NCBI GenBank assembly: GCA_965198115.1
Contig: OZ240241.1
Coordinates: 5,216,001 to 5,280,000, forward strand
DNA: 64,000 nucleotides
Origin: Candidatus Latescibacterota bacterium
GTDB lineage: Bacteria > Latescibacterota > UBA2968
Direction: 5' to 3'
The notes beneath the pieces are model-generated. The model saw nothing but the letters and a program-made list of their open reading frames with translations, searched no databases and was not told where the DNA came from. Each line of letters opens with the position of its first letter. The stretch's first letter is position 1. This document shows positions 30,514 to 40,904 of this stretch, one piece after another. Both the position numbers and the translations under genes were made by a program.

Positions 30514-32238
30514 ATGCGCGTCGCAGTTTTATCCGGCCCACCGGACTTGTCGGCTTACATCGCTGAACTCTTGCACACCTGGGGCCTTGTCTGTGATGAC
30601 ACAATCGGACCCCACGCGCTGCCGGCGCTCGATCCATCTGACGTCCCCGTCGTTGTCTGCCCCACAGGTTCCGATGACCGTGACCGCGATGCGTCGTTGA
30701 TCGACTACGCTCAGCGGGGTGGAACTGTCATCTGCTTTTTGCCACAGGACATTCTGGCACGCGCGGCTGGTCTCGACCCACAGGGTGACAAAGAGCCTCC
30801 CCAACGTCTGCGAGTCACGGCCTTTCCCTCAGCTGGGCTGTCTGGAGAAACACTGCCCATCGTCGGACGGATCCACGTCTACGAGCAGGCGTCAGAGGCA
30901 ACCGGCCTGGGCTATCTGTCATACCCGGGCCAGTTCGAGGGCGAAAGCGTCGGCCTCGTCGAAACGCCGATCGGATCCGGCCGCATCGTCGCCTTCGCGT
31001 TCGACTTGCCGTTAAGTGTCCTCTTGCTCAGGCAGGGTGATCCCAACCTCGCCGAAGTCGTTCCCCCCGGTGACAGAACGGCGCGTCCTTCCCATCTCGC
31101 TTCATCGATAGGGCTGGGCGAGTCCGGCTGGGTTCCGTTCGCCGACCTGCTCGCTCGACTTCTGGTCGACCTCGTTCGGCGGTATGTGCCTGCTCCTGTG
31201 CCCTTGCTGTCCCATCTCCCCGGGTCTGCGCCCGGCATCTTGCTCTATTCAGGCGACGAAGACAACTCGGACGTTGCCTCTACTGACGACCAACTCAGCT
31301 GGATCGCGGAGACAGGCGGGCGGATGAACTTGTACATCATCCCCGTTAGGACGCAGTCGAGCGAAGCCGACGTCGCTCGATACCGAACGCACAATGATGT
31401 GGGCCCGCATCCCATGCTGACTTCGCACTATCAAGAACCTGTGTCCGCAAGGTTGACGGAGTTCGAACGCCAGATCAGGATGTTCTCGGAAATGTTCGAC
31501 GTGCGAGCCCGCTCCCTTCGGAATCACAGTACCGCGTGGGCGGGCTATCTGGAACCCGTCGAAGTGATGGAACGACTGGGTGTGCGGATGGATGGAAACT
31601 ACTTTTCAGGCACGTACAAACGCGACCGCCAACACGCCCCTTACGCCGCGTTCGGGGCGGCGATGCCGGTGAGATTCTGCAAGCCAGAAGGCGAACTGCT
31701 CGATGTTTTCCAACAACACACCCACTTGTCCGACGATGCGGCGTTCGGCGACGCTGACTATTCCTACAGGTTGTCACGATCAGCCTATACCACCGAGTTG
31801 GAGCGTATCTATTCCGACATTGCCACGCGCTTTCACACGCCATACGGCGTCTGCATTCACCCTGGCAATTGGGTGAGATACTCCAGGTCCCAGGGCCAGG
31901 ATTTGATCCGGCAGGCAGACCAGTTCGACTTGCCGACCTGGTCTTTCGATCAATGGCTGAGCTTCTGGGATGCGCGGTCGACCTGGACGTTGGAAGACGT
32001 GACGTGGTCAGGGTCTGATTTGACGTGCCAACTCCACGGCGAAACGTCGCATTCTGACCTGCGAGTCGCGCTGCCCGTCGAGTACGGCGGCCTCTGTCTC
32101 ATCTCGGTCGACGTGGACGGTGAAGATGTCGAGCCGGAAACCGTCACGCGTTTTAGAGAGAAAACAGCACTCGTACCGATCGAGTCCGGCAAGACTGCCG
32201 TGACCCTCCACTCCCGTTACGACGCTCCGAAATCGTAA
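30514..32238 (+). CDS. Hypothetical protein with probable deacetylase-like (NodB-type) central barrel
   Basis: 574-aa ORF in operon context; SGDED, GPHP, RNH, IHP motifs. Confidence 0.55.
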   Translation: MRVAVLSGPPDLSAYIAELLHTWGLVCDDTIGPHALPALDPSDVPVVVCPTGSDDRDRDASLIDYAQRGGTVICFLPQDILARAAGLDPQGDKEPPQRLRVTAFPSAGLSGETLPIVGRIHVYEQASEATGLGYLSYPGQFEGESVGLVETPIGSGRIVAFAFDLPLSVLLLRQGDPNLAEVVPPGDRTARPSHLASSIGLGESGWVPFADLLARLLVDLVRRYVPAPVPLLSHLPGSAPGILLYSGDEDNSDVASTDDQLSWIAETGGRMNLYIIPVRTQSSEADVARYRTHNDVGPHPMLTSHYQEPVSARLTEFERQIRMFSEMFDVRARSLRNHSTAWAGYLEPVEVMERLGVRMDGNYFSGTYKRDRQHAPYAAFGAAMPVRFCKPEGELLDVFQQHTHLSDDAAFGDADYSYRLSRSAYTTELERIYSDIATRFHTPYGVCIHPGNWVRYSRSQGQDLIRQADQFDLPTWSFDQWLSFWDARSTWTLEDVTWSGSDLTCQLHGETSHSDLRVALPVEYGGLCLISVDVDGEDVEPETVTRFREKTALVPIESGKTAVTLHSRYDAPKS

Positions 32239-32258
32239 CGGATACAGAGGAGAAACCC

Positions 32259-33080
32259 GTGCCCCCTGTCGTTGACTGTCATCTGCACGTCTGGTCGGAC
32301 GACACAGAAAAGTACCCTCGTGACGAAGTGCCCTATCCCGGCTCGCCAGAACTGTTGCTCGAGTATATGGGAGAAGCAGAGGTCGACCACGCTGTCGTCG
32401 TCAAGTCACAGCATTACAAGTTCGACAACGCCTATCTCGTTGATGTCCTCGAGGGAAATCCCGATGTGTTCGCCGGCGTCGGTGTCATCGATCCGCGTGG
32501 CCAGGAAGCTGCGGACGAACTCGAGCGACTCGTATCCGAGACGAAAATTCGTGGTATCCGTCTCCGGGGGACGATCGAGCCAAGTTGGTATTGTCAGCCC
32601 GAAACCGATCCGCTCTGGCAGAAATCCGCTCATCTCGGAACGCCCCTCTGTCTCCTCGGAACACCCGAGCAGATCGATCTCGTCAAGGCTGCCGTTCAAC
32701 GACACCCCGATACGACCGCCGTCATCGATCACTTCTCTATGATCCACTGCTCGGAGGGAACAAACCATCCACCCTTAAAGACCTTCCTGAGTCTGTCCGA
32801 GCAGCCGAACGTCTACATCAAAGTCAGCGGGCTCCACTATTGGGGAGATCACTATCCTTTCCCAAAGGGCCAGGACAATCTTCGGGCCGCCTATGATGCC
32901 TTCGGCCCCGAACGAATGATGTGGGGGTCTGATTTTCCGCACATCCTCTTCGGCTATGGATACGTGCGGTGCTGCAATTTCATTCGCAGAGACATCGACT
33001 GGCTATCGCAGGAAGAGAAAGACTTGATTCTGGGTGGCAACGCCTATCGCATCTGGTGGGAGAATCAAAGCAACCGCTGA
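32259..33080 (+). CDS. Amidohydrolase_2 family (lactonase-like)
   Basis: DCHLH, GIRL, IDH, YIKVSG, FGPERMMWGSDFP. Confidence 0.9.
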   Translation: MPPVVDCHLHVWSDDTEKYPRDEVPYPGSPELLLEYMGEAEVDHAVVVKSQHYKFDNAYLVDVLEGNPDVFAGVGVIDPRGQEAADELERLVSETKIRGIRLRGTIEPSWYCQPETDPLWQKSAHLGTPLCLLGTPEQIDLVKAAVQRHPDTTAVIDHFSMIHCSEGTNHPPLKTFLSLSEQPNVYIKVSGLHYWGDHYPFPKGQDNLRAAYDAFGPERMMWGSDFPHILFGYGYVRCCNFIRRDIDWLSQEEKDLILGGNAYRIWWENQSNR

Positions 33081-33126
33081 GGTCACTGAGAACTCGCGGT
33101 CAGTCGTCAGGAAGATCGTCGATGAT

Positions 33127-33176
33127 GCGCGCCCCGTAGGGGCGCCACGACAATAGTCCGGGGCGCAAGCCCCGGG
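33127..33176. repeat. REP-like hairpin pair
   Basis: cgccccgtaggggcg and ccggggcgcaagccccgg. Confidence 0.55.
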
Positions 33177-33314
33177 ATAGTAAAAGAGAAGCGAAAGGGA
33201 CGCCGCTGTGGCTTGATTCGTCGCAGAGCAAATCACTTTTCGGCGCACAATCGCCACGTCCCCTGGTAGCACGATTTGATTCCATTCTGTAGAGAAACAC
33301 GACAAGGAGCGAGG

Positions 33315-33749
33315 ATGTCAGTCCAGCCGATACCTGACAATTATCACACCGTCACACCCTACCTGATGGTGGACGATGTGGAACGGCTCATCGACTTCTT
33401 GAAGGAAGCGTTCGACGCGGTGGAGACGGAGCGCATTCCCGGTCCTGAAGGCTTGGCAATGCACGCAGAGGTGCGAATCGGCGACGCCCCGATCATGATG
33501 GGGCGAGCGCGGCAGGAATCGGGGGCAATGTCTTCAATGCTCTATGTCTACACGGAAGACTGCGACGCGAGCTACCGACGTGCTCTCGAGGCAGGCGCTG
33601 AATCAGTGATGGAACCGGCCGATCAATTCTATGGCGATCGCAATGCCGGCGTCCGAGGTCCGCAGGGGAATCTGTGGTGGCTGGCCACCCACTTCGAGGA
33701 CGTCTCGCACGACGAGTTGATCAAACGGTCCGCCAACCAACCCCACTGA
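33315..33749 (+). CDS. VOC/glyoxalase (PhnB-like) protein
   Basis: IPDNYHTVTPYL, MHAEVRIGD, DQFYGDR, GNLWW. Confidence 0.9.
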   Translation: MSVQPIPDNYHTVTPYLMVDDVERLIDFLKEAFDAVETERIPGPEGLAMHAEVRIGDAPIMMGRARQESGAMSSMLYVYTEDCDASYRRALEAGAESVMEPADQFYGDRNAGVRGPQGNLWWLATHFEDVSHDELIKRSANQPH

Positions 33750-33769
33750 TCACAGTCGAGGACGGTCAG

Positions 33770-34591
33770 ATGGACATCGAGACATTATTCGCAAACACCG
33801 CAGAGGGTGACCTGCTGGGCGTCAGGGAACAGCTGGACACCCACCCGTTCCTTCTCAACGCAAAGAATCCCGATACTGACGCCTGGGATCAGCAGACGCT
33901 CCTACACACGGCTGCCAAACACGGTCAGCTCGACGTCGTCAGGCTCCTCGTCGAACGGGGTGCAGAGGTCTATTCAAACCCAATGTCCTCGTATCCGCCC
34001 GTCATCATCGCGGCCTGGAACAAGCAGCAGGACGTCGTCGACTATTTCCTCAAAGAGATTCCTGACCAGGCCTCGGGTACGAACGGGCTGGGTGTGGCCG
34101 TGAATCTTGCCGCCCGCCAGGGCTGGGCGGACCTCGTCCGCAAGCACATCGATGCCGATCCCCTCTCCGTTCACCAACGTGGCTGGATCGGCGATACGCC
34201 TCTCCACTGGCCCGCACACAACGGTCACGTGGAAATCGTCGAGATGCTGCTCGACGCAGGAGCTGATATCAACGCTGACGAGATCGGCTGGGCAGGCGGA
34301 AAGCCCTTGCACTGGGCTAGCGAACACGAACCCTCCACCGTCAAGGTCCTGCTCGACCGTGGTGCTGATGTGAGTGCTCGAAACATCAAGCAGGGCTCGG
34401 ACTTCGAAGGCTTCACGCCCCTGATGATGAACGCCTCACAGAAAAACGATTGCGCCGAGGCAACCGAGTTGCTCATTGTAGCCGGTGCAGACATCGCTGC
34501 CACTGATCCCAACGGCCGAACCGCCCTCGACATCGCCCTCGAGAAAGAGCTGACCCGAATCCCTGAAACGCTACGGAGCTATGGTGGGTGA
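33770..34591 (+). CDS. Ankyrin repeat protein
   Basis: TLLHTAAKHG, TPLHWPAHNG, KPLHWA, TPLMM, TALDIA. Confidence 0.92.
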   Translation: MDIETLFANTAEGDLLGVREQLDTHPFLLNAKNPDTDAWDQQTLLHTAAKHGQLDVVRLLVERGAEVYSNPMSSYPPVIIAAWNKQQDVVDYFLKEIPDQASGTNGLGVAVNLAARQGWADLVRKHIDADPLSVHQRGWIGDTPLHWPAHNGHVEIVEMLLDAGADINADEIGWAGGKPLHWASEHEPSTVKVLLDRGADVSARNIKQGSDFEGFTPLMMNASQKNDCAEATELLIVAGADIAATDPNGRTALDIALEKELTRIPETLRSYGG

Positions 34592-34747
34592 GGGATAGCG
34601 AGCCATTCTTCAGAAAATCGAGGGAGCAGCGTTTCCAAACTGAGTCAGTGCCAGAATGTGAACGAATTGCCAGATGTCAGACGCAGCGAAAGACGTGGCA
34701 CGTGTCGGGGACCGTACTATCTTTGCCCGTCGGGAGGGGCCGAGATC

Positions 34748-35101
34748 ATGCCGAGAATCGTTGTTTTCGAGGACGACCCAACCATTCGGAATCTGGTGTG
34801 TCAGATTTTGAAGAGTGAAGGCCACGTTGTGGAAGACTACGAGGACCCTGGGCCTGCTCTGGGTGTCGTGGACTTCGCATCCGTCGACCTCCTCATAACG
34901 GATCTGACCATGCCGACCCCCGGAGAAGAGGCCATTCGAAGGCTGCGAAACGAAGGAATCGACGTCCCGATTATCGTCATGAGCGCTCATCTCTCACCGG
35001 CCAAGACAACGTATCTGAAGAAGCTGGGCGTCAGTTACACAATCGCGAAACCATTTAAAATAAATGACTTACTGGAGGCTGTCGAAGCGACATTTAGCTA
35101 A
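34748..35101 (+). CDS. Single-domain response regulator (receiver)
   Basis: FEDD, LITDLTMP, MSA, AKPF. Confidence 0.9.
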   Translation: MPRIVVFEDDPTIRNLVCQILKSEGHVVEDYEDPGPALGVVDFASVDLLITDLTMPTPGEEAIRRLRNEGIDVPIIVMSAHLSPAKTTYLKKLGVSYTIAKPFKINDLLEAVEATFS

Positions 35102-35177
35102 ATGATCCGGCCCGCGTGCCGATAGTCGGAACTGACGGGGAGATACCAGGGATGGTGTTTTCACAAGCGAGGATTCA

Positions 35178-35357
35178 ATGGAAGAATCCAGATTCGCCCC
35201 CGGCAGTCACGTCTATTACGTGGATGTCGATCTGGCTCGATGGGGTCCCTGGCGCGTCGTTCGCGCCGATAAAGCTGTCGTCACCGTTCTGATCGACGAT
35301 CGGATAGAATTACGGCTTCCCCCGGACAAGCTCCGAATAGACCCGATCTCTCCCTAA
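35178..35357 (+). CDS. Small hypothetical protein (59 aa), below ORF-track cutoff
   Basis: RBS gagga, ATG 35178, MEESRFAPGSHVYYVD...IDPISP, TAA 35355-35357. Confidence 0.55.
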   Translation: MEESRFAPGSHVYYVDVDLARWGPWRVVRADKAVVTVLIDDRIELRLPPDKLRIDPISP

Positions 35358-35561
35358 TCCAACAGTTCCACGATTCGCTCGCAGTCGTCGGGTTTGCCCG
35401 ACGCATTCGCTGAATCGTCCCTCCAACGACCTGTTTCCGCCGCAGTTCGATCCCTTCAAACACTGCCTCGGGTTCCTGAATCCTGGCGCGCCCTCTCTTT
35501 CGTGCGTTTCGTATCAGCCCTTCCCCCATCACCCGAGAAGTGGTCTACTCATTGAATCTCT

Positions 35562-36359
35562 ATGCCCGTGAGCGAAGCTGACATCGCCCTGTTCAACGAG
35601 CAAGGATATCTTACCTACTCGCGCGTGCTCACGGACGATGAGATCGTGGCGCTGAACGATCGAATCGACGACATCGCGTGCGGCGCACGAACCCATCTCC
35701 CGACACGCTACATCCAGCAAGAAGCGGCGTTTCAGGATCGCGACGATCATCAGACCGATCCACGGGATCAACTACGCAGCCTCTCACGTTTGTGTTACTT
35801 CGACAGATTGTTCGAAGCCGTCGCCCGAAAACCCGCCATCGTCGACGTCATCGAGGCGCTGGCGGGGCCGAACATCAAACTCTACTGCGACCAGGTCTTC
35901 TTCAAACCGCCGCTCCATGGATCGGAACCGGAATGGCACCAGGATTCGGCGCTGTGGGACCAGTTCGCGCCTCAGGAGGCTATCAGCTGCTGGATTGCGC
36001 TCGACGACGCCACCGTGGACAACGGATGTTTGGAAGTCATTCCCGGCAGTTGTCGGTGGGGGGCCATGAGCGACCGACACCAGGACCTCTTTTTCGACAA
36101 CCTGATGGTACCGAATCCCGTCCCGATCGAGATCGAGGCCGGCTCCTGTCTATTTCATCACGGGCTGACGTTCCACCGGACGGGCGCCAACACCACGCCC
36201 AATCGACGGCGCGCCATCTCGCTCGCCTATCTCCGCGCGGAAACGAAGTATCTCGGCTGCCAAACCGAAGAGCTCAGAATGATGGTCGAATGCGAGAAGC
36301 CCCCTGGCGAGTTTCGTTTTATGAAGATTAGAGGTGAGGAATTCCCTGGTTGTGTGTAG
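35562..36359 (+). CDS. PhyH-family Fe(II)/2OG dioxygenase
   Basis: FFKPP, WHQD, WIALDDATVDNGCL, TFHRTGAN, RRAI. Confidence 0.92.
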   Translation: MPVSEADIALFNEQGYLTYSRVLTDDEIVALNDRIDDIACGARTHLPTRYIQQEAAFQDRDDHQTDPRDQLRSLSRLCYFDRLFEAVARKPAIVDVIEALAGPNIKLYCDQVFFKPPLHGSEPEWHQDSALWDQFAPQEAISCWIALDDATVDNGCLEVIPGSCRWGAMSDRHQDLFFDNLMVPNPVPIEIEAGSCLFHHGLTFHRTGANTTPNRRRAISLAYLRAETKYLGCQTEELRMMVECEKPPGEFRFMKIRGEEFPGCV

Positions 36360-36456
36360 CCGTGCGTATCAGCCGCGAACTGCAGTCGTCAGTCAGCCTG
36401 GGTTCACCTCGAAACCCTTCCCGGTAGGGCCACCAAACTTCTGGCGTTCCCCCCCT

Positions 36457-36552
36457 TTCGTGTATTTCGTGGGAGCCTGCCCTGAGCGGAGTCGAAGGGT
36501 GGTTCGTCCGTGTAATCCGTATGTGGAGCCTGTCCCCAACGAATGTGAGGGA
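36457..36552. repeat. Composite intergenic repeat (nonamer repeat plus family A unit plus gcctgtccccaacgaatgtgaggga)
   Basis: Units recur at 56845, 55341 and 63638-63690. Confidence 0.65.
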
Positions 36553-36582
36553 TGATCCCCTCGGTTTCCAAGGAGCATTGTT

Positions 36583-37677
36583 ATGAAGGTTACCAGCGTT
36601 GACCTGACCCCCGTTGCCTCGAGGCGCGAAACCGGGTCCGTCTCCCGTCATGTCGTCATTCAATTCAACACCGACGAAGGACTGGTCGGCCTGGGCGAGA
36701 TGTCCGATGTGGGCGATTGGGGGCTCATGTATGACCTGACGGATGTGAAGGCCGCCTACGAAGCGCTGCTGGTCGGTCGGAATCCTCTCGACTGGCATAT
36801 CATCACCACGGCGGCAAAAGGTCGTCTACGAATGGGTGGGGCGATTCAGGCGGGTTTCGAGATCGCCCTGTTCGATCTGATCGGCAAGATCCAGGGTCGA
36901 TCCGTTGCGGGCGTCTTCGGTGGCGCACTCAAGGATAAAATGCGTGTCTGCTATCCCATCTTCCGCAACTATTCACGCGAAGACGCTGAAGCGAACATCA
37001 AACGCGTCGACCGACGGATCGGCGAGGGACAGGACCTCTTCCGGCTTTATCACGGAGGCGTCATCGAAGCAGACGAGATCTTTCTCGACGGCGTCAAGTC
37101 CAATCACGGCGACAAGTTCGAACTCAAATCGCTCGATTTCAGCGGCGTTCACAAATGGAAGCACGTCGTCAAAGCCATCGGTATCCTCTCCCAATACTAC
37201 GCGCCGATCCTGTGTGAATCGGTATCCGATCGCAGGGACCTCGACGGACAAATAGAAGTGAGGAAGAGAATCGACTTCCCCGTCAGCGAGCACATTCAGT
37301 CGCTGGATCAGGCCTACGAGTTCGCACGCAACAAATACGTCGACATTTACAACCTCTGTCTTTGCGGCGCTGGTGGTTTCACCGAAACGATGCAGTATGC
37401 CCAGGTCGCGCAGTCCGCCGGACTCTCCGTACTCGTAGGCACGACCCAGGAGCTGTCCATCGGCGTCGCCGCACAGGCCACGTTCGGCTGCATCACCGAA
37501 AACCTCGATTTCCCCGGCGATTGCACGGGCGGTCAGCTCTACGAGAGCGACGTCGTCAAGAACCCGATCCAGTACGAGAACGGGTATGTGCTGCTGCCGG
37601 ATGGTCCTGGTTTGGGGATGGAGTTGGATGAGGAGAAGATCGCGGCGATTTCGGAGCCCCTGAGCTCGGGGCGGTAG
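36583..37677 (+). CDS. Enolase-superfamily dehydratase, GalrD-II (D-threo-forming galactarate dehydratase)-like
   Basis: GLGEMSD, VCYPIFR, FRLY, LDFS, CES, SEH, GTTQELSIG, GPGLG. Confidence 0.85.
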   Translation: MKVTSVDLTPVASRRETGSVSRHVVIQFNTDEGLVGLGEMSDVGDWGLMYDLTDVKAAYEALLVGRNPLDWHIITTAAKGRLRMGGAIQAGFEIALFDLIGKIQGRSVAGVFGGALKDKMRVCYPIFRNYSREDAEANIKRVDRRIGEGQDLFRLYHGGVIEADEIFLDGVKSNHGDKFELKSLDFSGVHKWKHVVKAIGILSQYYAPILCESVSDRRDLDGQIEVRKRIDFPVSEHIQSLDQAYEFARNKYVDIYNLCLCGAGGFTETMQYAQVAQSAGLSVLVGTTQELSIGVAAQATFGCITENLDFPGDCTGGQLYESDVVKNPIQYENGYVLLPDGPGLGMELDEEKIAAISEPLSSGR

Positions 37678-37730
37678 GAAAGGACGTCGTGCGGGCTCCT
37701 GCCCGCACTATATAGCTAAATGCATACGCT

Positions 37731-37813
37731 CGCCCCCGTGCTCTGCACGGGGGCGTGTTGATAGTCCGAGGTGACAAGTACGACGCTAGGTGTCCCCGGG
37801 CAGAGCCCGGGCC
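37731..37813. repeat. REP-like family B hairpins between convergent genes
   Basis: cccccgtgctctgcacggggg and ccccgggcagagcccggg. Confidence 0.75.
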
Positions 37814-37831
37814 TTCGCACATCAACCGTAC

Positions 37832-39008
37832 TCACCAGCCCTTCCAACTCCCATCCTCGTGTCGATACTGTCGATACGGGTACTGGGTATAGGGCAGGTC
37901 GGCGATGTCCGATTCCTTCACTTCCACACCCAACCCCGGCGCGTCAGACACGTTGACGTGCCCCTTCTCGATGACCCAGTCGTGCTCGACGAAGTCCCCG
38001 AACTGATCGAACCGGTCCGCGCTTGTTTCCTGAATCAAGAAATTGGGCGTCACCGCATCCGCGTGGACCGAGGCCGCAAAGCATAGTGGGCCGCCCGCGT
38101 TGTGCGGAGCCATCAGCATTTGCGATTGGTTGGCCAGTTTTGCAATGTCGACGAGCGTCGTGAGCCCAAAACAGTGAGTGACGTCGGGCTGAAGGAAAGA
38201 GCACGCCCTCTGGTCGATCAGCGGCTTGAAATCGCCCACGGTGAAGAGCTTTTCACCGGTCGCCACGGGAACAGGACTCTTTCTCGAAACCTCTAACAGG
38301 GCTTCCATCGAACCGACCTTCATAGGTTCCTCAAGGAACAGCGGCGCGTACGGGGCGACCTGCCGGGCGAATTCGATGCTCAGCTCCGGAAGAGGGCTGC
38401 CGTGTGTGTCGAGCAAAAGGTCGAAACCCGGCCCCACGGCTTCTCGAACCGCGGCCACGCACGAGACACATTGATCGATCGCCCCCCGGGCCATCGGCCA
38501 CGTACGTGATTCCAGGGGGTTGCCCTTGATTCCCGCAAACCCACGTGCCTTCAATCTCTCCGCCGACGCCACCGCCCCCTCCGATGACGAAAACAGATCG
38601 CCCCCCGAGTAGACGCGAACACGGTCTCGACGTTTGCCTCCGAGGATCGTATGCACGGGGACACCCCAAGCCTTGCCTGCGATGTCGTAGAGCGCGACAT
38701 TGATCGCCGCAATCGCTGTCCCGAACACCGGACCCCCTTTCCATCGGCAACCGGTCGGTGATGTCCTCGGTCAGCGCGGCAACCGGGAGCGGATCACGTC
38801 CGACCAGCAGGCTCGACCATTCGTGGAGCGTCGCATCGACCGATGGCGTCAGCCACTCACCGCTCCCTTCTCCCCATCCTGCAATGCCCGCATCGGTTTC
38901 GATCTTGAGGAACAGCCACGCTTTCTGAGCGCTGCTCGGAAACTCTCCAAAAAGCGGTTCGCTGGGGGGCATGTTGAACTTGTAGGTCTGGACGCGTGTG
39001 ATTTTCAT
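37832..39008 (-). CDS. Galactonate dehydratase DgoD-like (mandelate racemase subgroup), +1 frameshift near 38744
   Basis: WLFLKIETDAGIAGWGE joins (W)KGGPVFGTAI once one base is removed; DTHG, LEEP, ATGE, QPD, APHN, IQE, HEDGSWKGW. Confidence 0.83.
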
Positions 39009-39120
39009 TTCTCACCCAAGGAAGAAGAATAATCGCGCTTCGCTTTCAAACAGAATGAGGGGCGAAAACCCGGTCCTCGTCAAGAACGGCGAAGGGCCAT
39101 CATAAGAGGTACCGAATACG

Positions 39121-40698
39121 ATGGAACAGCGTGATTACACACGGCGAGGACCGTGGCGCGTGCTTCACACGAGTGATATGGGCACGTATTTCCTTACGGG
39201 CACTTGGCTCTTCGGAGATCCCGCCACACCTGAGGACATTCGGGCCTGGGTCGCTCAGCTCGCCGAAAGCAGTGTGGACGCCTACGTGCAGGAAGTCTAC
39301 TTCGACGGCTACAGTATGTTCTACCGCACCAACCGCTGCGCCTATTGGGAAACCGAGAGCCTCAGTCGCTTCGATCAGATGCTCGCCGACGGCGTGGTTC
39401 CGCTCGATATCTACATCGACGAAGCACACAAGCACGGAATGCCGTTGCTCGCCGGATTCAGGATGAACGATCGCCACGGCAACAACGTAGCGCTCTTCAA
39501 AACCCATCCGGACTGGATGATCGAAGAACTCGGGCACGGTGTCGACTTCGCGCTGCCCGAGGTTCGCGACTGGTTCTTCTCCATCGTCGAAGAAGTCCCG
39601 AATCGATTCGACGTGGACGGCATCGAATTCAACTTCACGCGTCACGGCTTCTGTTTTCCTCCCGCGACTTCTGCCGAGAGCCACTCCATTATGACGGATC
39701 TGATGCGTCGCGTACGACAGATGCTCGATGCGGCAGGTGAGTCAAGGGGTCGGCAGCTGCTGTTCGGCGCGCGCGTACCTCCTTCCCTGTCAGGATGTAT
39801 CGATCTCGGCTTCGACATTCCCACGTGGATCGACGAAAAGATCATCGACTTCGTGGCGCCGACCTCCTATCACCGCACCGACTACAACGCACTCTACGAT
39901 GAATTCGTCGACCTCGCCCGGAAAACCGACTGTCTCGTCTACCCGGCACTCGAAGGCGATGTCCCCGGCCGCGTTGACGTTGTATCGATGAATCAAAGCC
40001 GGGCGGCTGTCCACAACTTCTACGGCGCGGGAGCCGACGGGTTTTCGACACACAATTACGATGCCTATATGTGGGGCCAGCATCGATCGCGCTTGATGCC
40101 CGGTGTCACCAGCAACTACCCGGATGCGCTCGAGCGGTTCAAGATCCTCAGAGACCCTGAAACCGTCGCGGCGGGCGACCGGCACTACCTATTTCATCCA
40201 TTGTTTCCCGAAGAGCACTTCCCGAACGGCTACCGTGGCGCTCCGATTCCACACATCAAAGCCATCCTAAAGAGAGATGCGCCTGATACGAAAGCCGACT
40301 ACCGTTTCCGCGTCTGCGAGCATCTGCCGGAAGAGGTCGATCTTCCCGTCGGCCACGTCGGTCGATACTCGGGCAATTTCAATTCATTGGGAAAGATTCC
40401 GGGCGCCTGGCTCCTCTTCAGGGCCATCGGAATGGGCCCTGGTGACGAAATCGCCATCACACTCAATGGGCATGAAATCCCGGCCGGCGACGTTCGTCAC
40501 ATCTGGTATCAGGAGGGGCGCCCACACTGGGAAGGACGGACACTCCCTCCGTTCACGGAATGCCGTCTAGCCCTTACGTCCCCACCCGGCGTCTACGGGG
40601 ACAACATTCTCGGAATCCAGCTGGTCAAGAGTGAAAGCAGTGCTTCCGAGGATATCGTTGTCGACGAACTCGAGGTCGTTGTGCACGTCGACGATTGA
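39121..40698 (+). CDS. GHL10/DUF187-like protein
   Basis: GFRMNDRH, HPDW, DFALPEVRD, FDVDGIEFNF, GADG. Confidence 0.72.
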   Translation: MEQRDYTRRGPWRVLHTSDMGTYFLTGTWLFGDPATPEDIRAWVAQLAESSVDAYVQEVYFDGYSMFYRTNRCAYWETESLSRFDQMLADGVVPLDIYIDEAHKHGMPLLAGFRMNDRHGNNVALFKTHPDWMIEELGHGVDFALPEVRDWFFSIVEEVPNRFDVDGIEFNFTRHGFCFPPATSAESHSIMTDLMRRVRQMLDAAGESRGRQLLFGARVPPSLSGCIDLGFDIPTWIDEKIIDFVAPTSYHRTDYNALYDEFVDLARKTDCLVYPALEGDVPGRVDVVSMNQSRAAVHNFYGAGADGFSTHNYDAYMWGQHRSRLMPGVTSNYPDALERFKILRDPETVAAGDRHYLFHPLFPEEHFPNGYRGAPIPHIKAILKRDAPDTKADYRFRVCEHLPEEVDLPVGHVGRYSGNFNSLGKIPGAWLLFRAIGMGPGDEIAITLNGHEIPAGDVRHIWYQEGRPHWEGRTLPPFTECRLALTSPPGVYGDNILGIQLVKSESSASEDIVVDELEVVVHVDD

Positions 40699-40705
40699 AT
40701 CCAAA

Positions 40706-40796
40706 CGATATCCGAAATCTGATCAAGGATATCCGACATCCGAGAGTTTCAACCGCTCTCTGAGATCTGATCTCGCTTCTCGGATCTCGGATATCG
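40706..40796. repeat. Heptamer-based long hairpin (cgatatccgaaatc...gatctcggatatcg)
   Basis: Inverted arms; related arms at 47506 and 49218-49243. Confidence 0.7.
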
Positions 40797-40904
40797 ATGC
40801 TGGTTCCTTGGGGCCGGGGTTGATAGAAAGGCGATATCGTTCACATTTAACGTCGAATCCCATCTCGACCTCCGACTCTGACCTCTTTCTCAGCTGACAG
40901 TCCA

